Source: a virus
Virus record (IMG/VR): IMGVR_UViG_3300027708_000019
DNA: 64,000 nucleotides
Direction: 5' to 3' (one strand)
Positions 34,826-44,391 of the stretch are shown here, in pieces. Numbering within the stretch: the stretch's first letter is position 1; each line of letters begins with the position of its first letter. Both the position numbers and the translations under genes were made by a program. Under the pieces are notes generated by a model. The model did no database searches and was not told where the DNA came from. It saw only the letters and a list, made by a program, of their open reading frames with translations.

Positions 34826-35385
34826 TAATATAAATCCTTAACTTGATCACAAATCCCCAGTTTTAGTGCTTCTTTTGCACTCAACCAAACATCCTGAGGT
34901 GGGAGAAGTTTCTCACGGATAGATGGCTCATCTAGACCTGTGCACTTTTTATAATGTAACATAAGTCGTTTGGTTGTTAAATCATATTCTTTTACCGTAG
35001 CAATAAGTTCATGTTCTTTTCCGAACGAACCCCAACTATATTGATGCGATAGAATTGATGTATTTGGTGTAAGCAGACGATGTCCTTTCTCACCAGCAAT
35101 AAACATCAATAATCCAGCAGATGCAATTTGTCCAAGCCCAATAGTTCGGATTGGCGTAGCACTGCCTTTCATACAATCAATGACTGCGAAGGCAGCATTA
35201 AGATCGCCACCTGGAGAACAAATTACAAGATTAAGTAAATCGTATTGTTCTTCGCCCATGTTACAAGCAAAAATCCACTCAACAATCTGCCTACATGAAG
35301 TCATAGTAACTTCGTCCATAAATAGCAGAAAATTTTGTTTCGGGGCATTACCTGCATTCAAATTGATATTAAGTTTTTCTGTCAT
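34825..35385 (-). CDS. clpP: ClpP-like protease subunit
   Basis: ICSPGGD, GQIASAG (Ser), SHQ (His), D.WLSAKEALKLGICD. Confidence 0.9.
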   Translation of the reverse strand: MTEKLNINLNAGNAPKQNFLLFMDEVTMTSCRQIVEWIFACNMGEEQYDLLNLVICSPGGDLNAAFAVIDCMKGSATPIRTIGLGQIASAGLLMFIAGEKGHRLLTPNTSILSHQYSWGSFGKEHELIATVKEYDLTTKRLMLHYKKCTGLDEPSIREKLLPPQDVWLSAKEALKLGICDQVKDLY

Positions 35386-35923
35386 TTATTGTAATCACTT
35401 TCGGGTCAGTATAAAAAATATGTCTTCCAATTTTGGTAGTTTTTTGTAACTTTGACCATCCTGGAGAGACATAGTCGGCATGATAATATATAGCACCCTT
35501 TGTTACATCATCAATAACTTGATAGTTGAAGTAAACATAAAGTGCCACTTGTCTTACATCATTATATAATTCTTTCTGTGTTGCTGATACAGCTTTCTTA
35601 CCTTCACAAAACCAAGTGAATTGGCACGTTGATTTTACTTTTTGTTTAACAACTCCGCAGACGCTGTCTTCAAACACGTTTGATTTGACACGATTTAATG
35701 TAACCAAACCTACTGCAATTTTGCCAGTCTCTGGTTCATAACCTGCTTCGTAAAATATATTATCTGTTAAACAGTCAATTTCCTTCTTCTCTTTTGCATT
35801 TAGATGTGTATATGGAACATCTACAATCTTTGTTCCTGCTTTTGAATTTTGCGTTGCGGTAAACAACAGTGCAACAAATAATATAATTGTTATTAAAATT
35901 GAAATTAGATATTTCAAAATCAT
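35369..35923 (-). CDS. SleB-like cell wall hydrolase (Hydrolase_2)
   Basis: CLTDNIFYEAGYEP..G.IAV..VTLNRV...CQFTW...IGRHIFY. Confidence 0.92.
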   Translation of the reverse strand: MILKYLISILITIILFVALLFTATQNSKAGTKIVDVPYTHLNAKEKKEIDCLTDNIFYEAGYEPETGKIAVGLVTLNRVKSNVFEDSVCGVVKQKVKSTCQFTWFCEGKKAVSATQKELYNDVRQVALYVYFNYQVIDDVTKGAIYYHADYVSPGWSKLQKTTKIGRHIFYTDPKVITINDRKT

Positions 35924-35976
35924 CTCCTTAATTAGTTAAAGAGTAAGGGTGATGAAACCCCTACTCCAATCCCATA

Positions 35977-36261
35977 TCAGGTGGACTTCTTGATAGTAGT
36001 CTTTTCTTGTGTAGTTTGTGGGGATACGTTAGAAACAAAACCATTCAGCGTTTGTGCTTTGCTGATGATATCATTTTCTGATGGGAAGGCAGGGAATCCT
36101 GGATGATCAGGAATCGTGCCACCATTTAGTTTAGCAGATTCGACTTTCGTTTGCCAGTCGTTGCTAATTTGTTCACGTTTGCCGTAGTACTCATCGCTGA
36201 GCATATCTTTGGCCATTTTTAAAAGTTCGAGACGAATCTCAAAAGGTGTCATATTTGACAT
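35977..36261 (-). CDS. Conserved T4-like hypothetical protein
   Basis: PFEIRLELLKMAKDML...II.KA..LN.FVS; AAGGAG RBS. Confidence 0.75.
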   Translation of the reverse strand: MSNMTPFEIRLELLKMAKDMLSDEYYGKREQISNDWQTKVESAKLNGGTIPDHPGFPAFPSENDIISKAQTLNGFVSNVSPQTTQEKTTIKKST

Positions 36262-36338
36262 AGTTTTCTCCTTGTGTTGTGTGTAAAAAAATCAAATTGT
36301 GTGTTCATGATATAGACTATTATTTAGTCAAATGTGAT

Positions 36339-36368
36339 ACTGGGAAGACGAATCTTCCCAGTTTTTTT
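36339..36368. terminator. Strong hairpin after porin gene
   Basis: ACTGGGAAGA-CGAA-TCTTCCCAGT; T-run on the + side. Confidence 0.6.
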
Positions 36369-36373
36369 ACGAA

Positions 36374-36940
36374 TTAAAACGATCTAGTATAAGATACGTA
36401 TGTTCGATTAAAAGCATTATCACCATTTACATCATCATAGCCAAGAGAGATACTGTCTTTCTTGGTAATAGCATAACCCAATGAGTAACGAATTGAGTTT
36501 GTTGTATCTGATTTATCAGAAGCAAATGCTGTACGGAAACGATAACCAAGTTTAGCAGTCAAACCTTCAACTGGAGTTTTAACAATAACTCCTGGCTCTA
36601 CTGAGTAGTAAGCGAAATTCTTACCACCAGTAATACGCTCACCAACAGCACCACGTGCGTAACCAGTAATAAAGTTATCACCGATCAATCCCATTTTGCC
36701 TGTAACACCAGCTTCATAACGTGAGGAAACTGTATTTGCAGAATCAGTAGCTGTGTTTAGAATGCTAACATCACCATCGATTTGTTTTGTTAGAGATGTT
36801 TTAACATCTAACTTGTACACATCACTCATGGCTTTACTAGAATCTGCTTCTTGACGTCCATAAGTTACTGTTGCTGAAGTGTCGGCGAATGCCATTGAAG
36901 ATGCAGCGAGCAATGCTGCTGCGATTAGTTTTAATTTCAT
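36374..36940 (-). CDS. Outer-membrane beta-barrel protein (porin-like)
   Basis: Sec signal (AFA), amphipathic strands, C-terminal YTRSF. Confidence 0.8.
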   Translation of the reverse strand: MKLKLIAAALLAASSMAFADTSATVTYGRQEADSSKAMSDVYKLDVKTSLTKQIDGDVSILNTATDSANTVSSRYEAGVTGKMGLIGDNFITGYARGAVGERITGGKNFAYYSVEPGVIVKTPVEGLTAKLGYRFRTAFASDKSDTTNSIRYSLGYAITKKDSISLGYDDVNGDNAFNRTYVSYTRSF

Positions 36941-36964
36941 GTAATATCCTTTAAAAATTCAAAA

Positions 36965-37272
36965 AACAAAATGGCAGGTTCTTCTGTTACGAGGTGAACC
37001 TGCCGAAACCCTAAGCAGTGTTTAGGCTGCTAATGCGTAGACAGAGTCGTTTGCATTTACTTTTTTTATGCGATTTACAGTCGTCATCTACTGTGTTGCC
37101 GTCTCTACTATCTCACCCTGTCGAAACCTAGTCACCCCCATCAAAAGCACTTCTCGTTTTACATTCCCCTGAATACATCATTTCTGGTTCAGCTAATACG
37201 CAAATGCTTTTGGTGGAGGTGGGGAGAATCGAACTCCCGTCCAGAATGCCTTCGCTTTGAAGGGATTACAAC
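36965..37272 (-). ncRNA. ssrA: Circularly permuted (two-piece) tmRNA, tag ANDSVYALAA
   Basis: 3' acceptor half GACGGGAGTTCGATTCTCCCCACCTCCACCA (CCA at 37211) precedes a spacer and the 5' half GGGGGTGACTAGGTTTCGAC (37139); tag ORF 37054-37022. Confidence 0.93.
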
Positions 37273-37274
37273 AA

Positions 37275-37406
37275 TTACTTAACTGCTTGAGTGTGCTTGT
37301 GTTTCAAAGACTTCTTAAGCAGTTTCATCCAAAACTTCTTAACCTTGTCTGCTTTATGCTCGACTTCGGCTTTGTTTAGTTTTAAAATTAGTGCCTTAAC
37401 TTTCAT
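37275..37406 (-). CDS. Small basic hypothetical protein (43 aa)
   Basis: MKVKALILKLNKAEVEHKADKVKKFWMKLLKKSLKHK...; ATGA-coupled. Confidence 0.6.
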   Translation of the reverse strand: MKVKALILKLNKAEVEHKADKVKKFWMKLLKKSLKHKHTQAVK

Positions 37407-37744
37407 TGATTCGGTACCAATACTTGTCTGTAGCAATTACAGTATGCGTCAAGGATATTTTCATAATGATAGCCATACGGCATTGCTGGTTGTTGATAGA
37501 TTACCTGTGGTGGCATTTGTTGAACCACAACAGGTGGTTGTTGAACCACAACAGGTGGTTGTTGAACCACAACAGGTGGATAATAATATGGCTGAGGACG
37601 ATGCAACTCATAACCAATAATACCACCAATAATAGCTGGACCAACCCAACCAACATGACCACCACCATACCCACGTCCTCCATGGGCGAATGCTTGACCA
37701 CTGATGCTTAATGCAGCAATAAGAACCAAAACGAACTTTTTCAT
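37403..37744 (-). CDS. Exported Pro/Val/Gln-rich protein
   Basis: Signal peptide AFA-HGG; PPVVVQQ x3. Confidence 0.8.
   Translation of the reverse strand: MKKFVLVLIAALSISGQAFAHGGRGYGGGHVGWVGPAIIGGIIGYELHRPQPYYYPPVVVQQPPVVVQQPPVVVQQMPPQVIYQQPAMPYGYHYENILDAYCNCYRQVLVPNQ
37517..37579. repeat. 21-bp tandem repeat x3
   Basis: ttgttgaaccacaacaggtgg x3. Confidence 0.9.
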
Positions 37745-37770
37745 TTTACTCTCCTAGTTTCCATAATATA

Positions 37771-37799
37771 ATTATACCTGAAAACGGAATTAATGTCAA
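37771..37799 (-). promoter_or_regulatory. Sigma70-type promoter
   Basis: TTGACA-17-TATAAT. Confidence 0.88.
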
Positions 37800-37806
37800 G
37801 CACTAT

Positions 37807-38364
37807 TTATAACGTGGAACCACCTACAGGACGATTGCAAGCGCACAATTCGCCAGTCTGCAAGGCATCCAGAATTCGAAGAGTCTCATCTGGGCTTCTG
37901 CCTACATCTGTGTTGTTTATCGTCATGTGTTGAATTACATTTGCTGGGTCAATAATATATGTAGCTCTGAATGCACAACCTGTCAAATCGTTGAATGCAC
38001 CAAGTTGGTTAATTAACCCATCTGTCCATTCATTGTTCTCATTTCTAAACATGTTTCTTACTGTGTCTGCAAACATCCAACTCTTTAGATTTGTCAAAGT
38101 CATGTCCGCATTTTTCCAAGCAATTTTACAGTATTCATTATCTGTACTACCGATAAGTAATTCTGCATCACGTTTTGCGAATTCGTCATGTAGATTATCG
38201 TATCCAACAATTTCTGTTGGGCAAACAAATGTAAAATCTTTTGGATAATAAACAACGACTTTCCATTTTCCTGGAAAAGATTGTTCATTAATCTGTTCAA
38301 ATGTGTTGTCTGGTTTAACACCAACTAACACAAATGGATCTAATTGTTGTCCTAGCATTTTCAT
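37807..38364 (-). CDS. ahpC: Peroxiredoxin (AhpC)
   Basis: YPKDFTFVCPTE...GRS.DETLR.LDALQTGELC. Confidence 0.95.
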   Translation of the reverse strand: MKMLGQQLDPFVLVGVKPDNTFEQINEQSFPGKWKVVVYYPKDFTFVCPTEIVGYDNLHDEFAKRDAELLIGSTDNEYCKIAWKNADMTLTNLKSWMFADTVRNMFRNENNEWTDGLINQLGAFNDLTGCAFRATYIIDPANVIQHMTINNTDVGRSPDETLRILDALQTGELCACNRPVGGSTL

Positions 38365-39011
38365 ATTTTGTAAGTCTCCTTATATGTCTTTCTCAATTCA
38401 ATAAATTTTCCAATCCACTCATCACGCTTTTCATGGAACACTAATGTTTGTTGTCCATCGACAGCCATAATAATAATTAGATTGGGAACTGAAACACCAG
38501 TTCGTTCTTCAAATGCAACAGCATACGCTGAGCATTGCATAAAATACCCATGAATATCGTCACGAGATTTCATTCTTGCTGAAGTCTTAAAGTCAATTAC
38601 TGCTTTCTTACCATTGTATTCTGCAATACAATCTACCGTTCCAGCCACTTCTAAGTGGTCAGAATATAGTGGCGACTCCAGCGCACATACGTTGTTTATT
38701 TTTTTGAGTTCTGGTAATATCTCAACCCAAGTTTCGTAGTCAACGAGATTTGGTTCAACATGTTCATTATTGAGATATGTTTCGCAGAGGGAATGAACTC
38801 TGGTTCCACGCTTTGCTGCTTTGGTGCTGATTCGATTGGCTTCTTCGTTTCCGACTCTGTTTCGCCATGCGATGATTGCTTCTTTGCCAAGCAATCCTGT
38901 AACTGTGGTGACGGAAGGATAGCGTTTACCCGACGGAGTTTCATATAGTCTTCCGTCGGGAGTATCGATGCGTGGTAGTTTGTGTAAATCATAATGTAAA
39001 TGAGTAATCAT
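38361..39011 (-). CDS. PD-(D/E)XK exonuclease
   Basis: YPSVTT...RGTRVH...AGTVDC...IDFKTS...Q..AY. Confidence 0.9.
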   Translation of the reverse strand: MITHLHYDLHKLPRIDTPDGRLYETPSGKRYPSVTTVTGLLGKEAIIAWRNRVGNEEANRISTKAAKRGTRVHSLCETYLNNEHVEPNLVDYETWVEILPELKKINNVCALESPLYSDHLEVAGTVDCIAEYNGKKAVIDFKTSARMKSRDDIHGYFMQCSAYAVAFEERTGVSVPNLIIIMAVDGQQTLVFHEKRDEWIGKFIELRKTYKETYKI

Positions 39012-39012
39012 A

Positions 39013-39636
39013 TTAGTCCATAGTTTGAATTGCAGCCTTACATGCGTGGAAATGATTAATGCGATCTGCTAATCCAATTTCACCACCATTGATTTTATGT
39101 GTCAATGTTTTCATGTCCTCTTGGTCAGCCCAAGTATTTAAATTATTTTTCCACCAGAACCATGCAGCTGACATAGCAGCACCTTCATATGTTTCTAGAT
39201 ACTCAACAGCTTCGTCAATAGTTAGACCAAGATCTGCTGCAAATGATTCATAGTTATTTTTACCAGTCAATTGAATTAATCCACGACCACGGTATTTGAA
39301 ACCATCACCAGATTCTTCATCGCCATTACCCATGCGATTAGCATAGACACGATTTGCGATTGCTTCTGGATTGCGTTCGTATGGTTGAGCAGCTTCTAGT
39401 GTTGGGAAATACTTATGGAAAGTACCAACCAAACCTTGTGCGCCATAATTCAAATTTTCTTTAACAGCATTGAAACCACCTGACTCATGACCAACTTGTG
39501 CTAAGAAACAAGCAAGTCTTGATGTTCCAGTAATGTCATATGTTGTGCAAGCAGTAGTTAAACCCTCAACGAAACCTTGTAGTTTCTCTGGCTTTGTTTG
39601 TGGTGCGATCGTTTGTAATAGTTGTAAGGTGATCAT
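39013..39636 (-). CDS. GH19 endolysin
   Basis: FLAQVGHESGGF..ENLNY...YRGRGLIQLTGK.NY...INGG. Confidence 0.95.
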   Translation of the reverse strand: MITLQLLQTIAPQTKPEKLQGFVEGLTTACTTYDITGTSRLACFLAQVGHESGGFNAVKENLNYGAQGLVGTFHKYFPTLEAAQPYERNPEAIANRVYANRMGNGDEESGDGFKYRGRGLIQLTGKNNYESFAADLGLTIDEAVEYLETYEGAAMSAAWFWWKNNLNTWADQEDMKTLTHKINGGEIGLADRINHFHACKAAIQTMD

Positions 39637-40400
39637 CTCTTATCCTCGTAATCTTCGTATTTTAATTTAGCCAAGATATAATCTTTGACTAGCGATGAGC
39701 GAACAATGTCATCTACGGTAAATTCAATTCTAGTAAATGCTTTCATGTGTTGGGCAATATCAAAGAATTTTAAAATACCACTAACATCGGTCTTACGTTT
39801 ATTTAGGTCGGTCTGACGATAGTCGCCACACCAAATAATTTTAGACATATGTCCAACACGTGTCATAACAGTATCAATCTCATCATAATTTAAATTCTGC
39901 ATTTCATCAACGATAATGATAGCGTTGTCGAAAGACATACCACGAATAAATGAAGTAGAAATAAATTGAATATAACCTTGCTCTTCCAATCTATCCCATG
40001 CATCCTTACGATCAAATAACTGATGGCAAATCTGACGATAGGGTTGTTCGTAGATTTCCATTTTCTCACCAACATCTCCTGGTAGATGTCCCATTTCTCG
40101 AGACTGTACCGCAGAGCGAACAACAATAATTTTATTGAATGGGTTACTTTTATCTAACACTTCTTCGATTGCTTTGTATAAAGCAATAAAAGTTTTTCCT
40201 GTTCCTGCTACACCATGTAATGCTATAAAATAATCACCTTGTTTATATGCGTCGAAGAATCCTTTTTGATTTGATGTTAATGGCTGAAAAGTTTTTAAAT
40301 TATCTAATCTCAGCTTTAACTGATTACTCGCTACTGGTTTGGTTTCACGTTCTTCATAATGTATGTCTACTATTTTCTTAGCTGCAGAAGTGCGTGCCAT
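39633..40400 (-). CDS. phoH: PhoH-like ATPase
   Basis: GVAGTGKT, GHLPG, FIRG.SFD, DEMQN, GD..Q.D. Confidence 0.96.
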   Translation of the reverse strand: MARTSAAKKIVDIHYEERETKPVASNQLKLRLDNLKTFQPLTSNQKGFFDAYKQGDYFIALHGVAGTGKTFIALYKAIEEVLDKSNPFNKIIVVRSAVQSREMGHLPGDVGEKMEIYEQPYRQICHQLFDRKDAWDRLEEQGYIQFISTSFIRGMSFDNAIIIVDEMQNLNYDEIDTVMTRVGHMSKIIWCGDYRQTDLNKRKTDVSGILKFFDIAQHMKAFTRIEFTVDDIVRSSLVKDYILAKLKYEDYEDKR

Positions 40401-40419
40401 TCGTATTTCCCTATTTTTG

Positions 40420-40647
40420 TTAACGAATATTGTCCTTTAAAGTGCTTCCTGGCATACTGCCATGAATTTTTTGAAGGACATCTCTAAACCCTCCAGGAAG
40501 TTTTGGTGTATCGCGAACTAATGCTGGCGCACCAATAACTGATTCCATGTGTGGGTTTTCTTTTAGAAATTCTTCTCGCTGAGACCAACTCATAAACTTC
40601 TCAGTGATCTCTTCGGTTTCTTTATTTTTAAAGACGTATGTAGGCAT
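40420..40647 (-). CDS. Small conserved phage protein (FmdB-like N-terminus)
   Basis: MPTYVFKNKET.E..E...GFRDVL..I. Confidence 0.7.
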   Translation of the reverse strand: MPTYVFKNKETEEITEKFMSWSQREEFLKENPHMESVIGAPALVRDTPKLPGGFRDVLQKIHGSMPGSTLKDNIR

Positions 40648-40651
40648 ATTT

Positions 40652-41335
40652 TTATTTAGTCAGGTAAGTGCGATTTAGCATAGTATGATTGTGGTCAGTT
40701 GGACCCCAATCGCCATCTGGGTGATAAGCCAAAACAACCATCTCTTGTCCAGTTGTGACAAATCTATGTTTCTCTTGTTGTTCTATACAGAAAATAGCAC
40801 CAGTTTCTAATTGAATACTTGTTTCTGTGATGTCACCATCATCATTTTTCCAAGGATTGATTGTAGCATAACCAGTTCCTCTCACAACTATACCAAATCT
40901 GATACTTGGGTGTGTATGATAAGACTGCTCAGTACCTTTCGGAAAATGTAACATATTCAATGATGGATCACCAAGTCTTGATGGATAGATTAGCAATGAA
41001 TCTGAACATCCATCAATGTATGATAGACGACCACGTTCTTCTAGTGGACCACCAATTATATTTTGCCCACGATATCCGATGCGTGTAAACACAGCAACCT
41101 TACCTACGTAAAATAGTTTTTCATGATCATGTGACCAGTAACAGAAATAATCTCCCTGCGTAGCAACTTTACCATTTGGGAAATTAACATCGCCTTCGAT
41201 CACATAACCATAGATTGTTGAATACTCTTTTGTATAAAAATATCCTTGGTCACCAATTTCATTAATGTCAAAAAGATTCGCAATAGATGGATACATAGTA
41301 TCAGATCTATCGATATATGTTTGTCCAGTAATCAT
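40652..41335 (-). CDS. Cupin-domain protein
   Basis: YIDGCSDSLL...QSYHTHPSIRFG.V..G.G...EKHRF. Confidence 0.75.
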   Translation of the reverse strand: MITGQTYIDRSDTMYPSIANLFDINEIGDQGYFYTKEYSTIYGYVIEGDVNFPNGKVATQGDYFCYWSHDHEKLFYVGKVAVFTRIGYRGQNIIGGPLEERGRLSYIDGCSDSLLIYPSRLGDPSLNMLHFPKGTEQSYHTHPSIRFGIVVRGTGYATINPWKNDDGDITETSIQLETGAIFCIEQQEKHRFVTTGQEMVVLAYHPDGDWGPTDHNHTMLNRTYLTK

Positions 41336-42453
41336 ATAAAAGAGTTATCCTTAATCAAAAATAGTTGTGGGTCCAGTTTGTCATGATAATTGTAGTTTTC
41401 ATCAATCGCAAACTTCATTGGTTTGGCATAACAGATACTGTTGAGATTATTACTGTCTACCTTATTTGTTATATAGTCGTTATCGTATAAATCCAAAATA
41501 TATTCTTTGGCTTGTGGCTTTCCTTCAAGTTTATTGTGATTGTTCATTGCCCATAATTGAAACACATCACTAGTAAAGAAGCCAATATAATTTTGTTCTG
41601 GAAATAATGTATCAGTATGTTCAGCAAAAGCAAGTAATCTTGTATAGGTTTTATCCCAACGCAAACACATATATAACCACCAGAAAAAATCTCTAAGATT
41701 TGTCAACTCAACAGGAGATTTAGCAGCAACCTGTTTCATGTAACCAATTAGTTTCTCTGTTTCTTCCTGTTCTCTAAACATATAATCGTCTTTTGTGTTT
41801 AGAAGAATCATTAAGTTATCATCTGTTACTGGCATTACCAAATCTCTCTCATCATACTGAGCAAGTTTTGTTGACCCAAAAATCTCATCGCCACCATGAC
41901 CAAATACGCATACATAATCTTCGCGACCAAGATAGTGTGAAAACAGAATCGATGGTAGTGACAAAAATTTACCAAGTATATTATCTTGATAAAACTTCTC
42001 TTGTAATGCAGTTTCTGATGTAGCGATGTAGATATCTCTACGTTGCGATATTGTTGTGTTCTTAATAAAGGCAGTTACCATTGCGGTACTGTCAATACCA
42101 CCACCATAAAACAGAATCAATTTTTGATTTGGCTTTAAATTTGATAGAATTAGTATTGCTCTGGCATCACAACATTCTTCAAATGTGTAAGAAACTTTAG
42201 TGTATTCAGGAAGTGGAGAAATTGATGTTGTGTTGAATGGTGTTATCAAAGTATTTGTTCTGTCATGAACAGCACCATTGCCACCAAAGTAGTAAGAAAA
42301 TTTATAGAAGTTTTCCATTCCTGGAAAATTTGGGAACATAGATTCACTGAAGAATTTATGTTTTGTTATGTGGCGATTGATACCATAGTTATAGTAACGT
42401 GTGTCATAGAAAACTTCAGCAGTGTTCAAAAAGATCAGTTTAGAAGTTTGCAT
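41332..42453 (-). CDS. AsnB-synthetase-like PP-loop enzyme, copy 2
   Basis: LFYGGGIDST, GHGGDEIFG, DFFWW. Confidence 0.75.
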   Translation of the reverse strand: MQTSKLIFLNTAEVFYDTRYYNYGINRHITKHKFFSESMFPNFPGMENFYKFSYYFGGNGAVHDRTNTLITPFNTTSISPLPEYTKVSYTFEECCDARAILILSNLKPNQKLILFYGGGIDSTAMVTAFIKNTTISQRRDIYIATSETALQEKFYQDNILGKFLSLPSILFSHYLGREDYVCVFGHGGDEIFGSTKLAQYDERDLVMPVTDDNLMILLNTKDDYMFREQEETEKLIGYMKQVAAKSPVELTNLRDFFWWLYMCLRWDKTYTRLLAFAEHTDTLFPEQNYIGFFTSDVFQLWAMNNHNKLEGKPQAKEYILDLYDNDYITNKVDSNNLNSICYAKPMKFAIDENYNYHDKLDPQLFLIKDNSFI

Positions 42454-42976
42454 AAAGGTAAGACTCTTTTATCAGTTTATTATATGTGTCGTTTACTTCA
42501 ATCAAAGAAGCGCACTCTTTAATTTGTTTTGTAAATCTGTATTTGAATCTTTCGATTTCTTCTTTTCTACTGTTAGTAAAAGAATTAGATTTCCAGTTCC
42601 CATTCTCTGCACCAATTTGATCAAATTCAGCATCAGTCATTTTATATAACATATCAAGGCAAGCTGCTTTCTCGCTGAGGATTACCAGTCTATACATCTC
42701 TTGATTGTTTCTGACATTTCTTCTTGTGATTACACCTGTGTTTAATTTAAACACAAAACCATGAGGTAGGTTTGGATTGCAATCTAATGGGAGTTTGTGA
42801 TTCGTGTTGATATTTGTCCACAATTTTGTATTGTGATCCATCATATTGGTAACAGTCTCTAAATGGTTTGAAAGGCAGATAAATCTGCCAGTATTTGCTT
42901 CAAGTACAGCGTGTATTTTAGAAGACTTGTTAATTATATTTGGAATTAAATTATAATTTTCTAGTTCATACTTCAT
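42440..42976 (-). CDS. Hypothetical partner of PP-loop enzyme, copy 2
   Basis: Overlapping upstream gene; start moved to MKYELEN. Confidence 0.65.
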   Translation of the reverse strand: MKYELENYNLIPNIINKSSKIHAVLEANTGRFICLSNHLETVTNMMDHNTKLWTNINTNHKLPLDCNPNLPHGFVFKLNTGVITRRNVRNNQEMYRLVILSEKAACLDMLYKMTDAEFDQIGAENGNWKSNSFTNSRKEEIERFKYRFTKQIKECASLIEVNDTYNKLIKESYLYANF

Positions 42977-43508
42977 TAGCAATCCAAGATGGTTGTTCAC
43001 GATTTTTCCAAGAGAACATTCTTTGTTTGTCCCCAAGGTAGTAATTCATATAAGATTTTATTGAATTACCAGCTACTTTGTATTTATCTGGCATCGCAGG
43101 AGTTGGTTCAGTAAACTCGCCTTTTGGAATTTTATAAGGAACACGACGAAGTGGAATTATCAATTTCTCACATGCGTGTACCTTGTTATATCGATAAGTG
43201 TATTCATCCATCAATTCACGCCACATCACATAGAGCCAATCATAATTTTTATCAGATTTCCTTACCCAAATAGCGGAAGGGTGATTGATATGGGTAGCAC
43301 TATACAAAATGCCATCACGATTGTCAGAAAGTTCATATCGTGTCTGTTTTCTTCCAGATTTAGATAGACCAACAATTTGTATACCATCAAGAACACGATG
43401 AGCAGTAGAAAGAAGTTGTGCATATTCTAGAATCATCTTTACGCAGTGTTTATCGACATGCATTTCTGCACAGGTTTGGGGATCATTATCAAGATAAAAA
43501 ATATTCAT
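42966..43508 (-). CDS. Pyrimidine-dimer DNA glycosylase-like protein (DenV-like)
   Basis: MNIFYLD..P..CA..H.DKH.VKMILE.AQLLSTAH...HINHPS. Confidence 0.75.
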   Translation of the reverse strand: MNIFYLDNDPQTCAEMHVDKHCVKMILEYAQLLSTAHRVLDGIQIVGLSKSGRKQTRYELSDNRDGILYSATHINHPSAIWVRKSDKNYDWLYVMWRELMDEYTYRYNKVHACEKLIIPLRRVPYKIPKGEFTEPTPAMPDKYKVAGNSIKSYMNYYLGDKQRMFSWKNREQPSWIANEV

Positions 43509-44014
43509 TTCTTTATAATTTCTTCAAGAGCAGTTAATTGTAAAATGAGATTATCCAAACGCATCAGAGTTGTGTCAATATGTTTATCATTATGAAGAAT
43601 ACCATGACCACCTTCTTTATCAAATGGTGTAATGCAACCAATTGAGTCATCAATTAGAATTGAAGTTGATGTTGCGTATTCTGCTTTTTCCTCTTTGCTT
43701 CGAACGAAATTTGCTTTATATGGAATGTTATGTTTTTTCAACCAAACAAGTTTTTGACGCTTGGCTTCAACACCTTGAGAAATATCATGCGTTCCCATTG
43801 AAGTTAAAATCTCAACGCGAATTTTACCTGTTAGAGATGCGACATGCCTTAGCAATCTATTTGCGTTTGGCATAGGATCTAACTTCTCAAAGATCTGATG
43901 TTCCATAACTGAAGAACGAAACTTCTTTCGATCTTCTTTATGTGGGTCGTACTGCTTATACTCTTTGTCAAAGTCAGCAAGTACACCATCCATATCCAAA
44001 TATAACGTAATCAT
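43505..44014 (-). CDS. HAD 5'(3')-deoxyribonucleotidase-like
   Basis: LYLDMDGVLADF...ILIDD. Confidence 0.88.
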   Translation of the reverse strand: MITLYLDMDGVLADFDKEYKQYDPHKEDRKKFRSSVMEHQIFEKLDPMPNANRLLRHVASLTGKIRVEILTSMGTHDISQGVEAKRQKLVWLKKHNIPYKANFVRSKEEKAEYATSTSILIDDSIGCITPFDKEGGHGILHNDKHIDTTLMRLDNLILQLTALEEIIKK

Positions 44015-44391
44015 TTTTTTACAAATTTTCCAAAATCGGGTGGTTTCCAACCCTCTGGTTTTAAAATCTTACCATCTTCACGACGGATAACTTTGCCTGT
44101 TAACTTGTCAATTTTTGCGAGATTACTCCAAGCACCTTCATCCCATGCTCTTTCACAATCCCAACCACGTGCTTTCATATATCCAACAATTACCCATATC
44201 ATATCAAAGCAAGCATCAAGCTGTTCAGCATCATCACTTGCTGCTTCTGCTTCCCAAAACTCATCTTGTTCTTCTTTGATGAGTTTTAAATACAGATGCG
44301 CAAGATCAGAAACCTTGTCGTCTGGTGTACTTGGGTATTGTTGCCCACAAGCATGTAGGAAAACTGATACATCAGTAAATACTTTACTCAT
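44011..44391 (-). CDS. All-alpha NTP pyrophosphohydrolase (MazG/PRA-PH-like)
   Basis: LIKEE..E...LDA..D...SN.AK...REDGKILKP. Confidence 0.85.
   Translation of the reverse strand: MSKVFTDVSVFLHACGQQYPSTPDDKVSDLAHLYLKLIKEEQDEFWEAEAASDDAEQLDACFDMIWVIVGYMKARGWDCERAWDEGAWSNLAKIDKLTGKVIRREDGKILKPEGWKPPDFGKFVKK

Noticed and set aside
37517-37579. Tandem repeat as possible CRISPR
   Set aside because: Contiguous 21-bp coding repeats (PPVVVQQ), with no spacers and no cas genes.
38361-39011. Cas4-like nuclease as CRISPR component
   Set aside because: A common stand-alone phage PD-(D/E)XK exonuclease; no array nearby.
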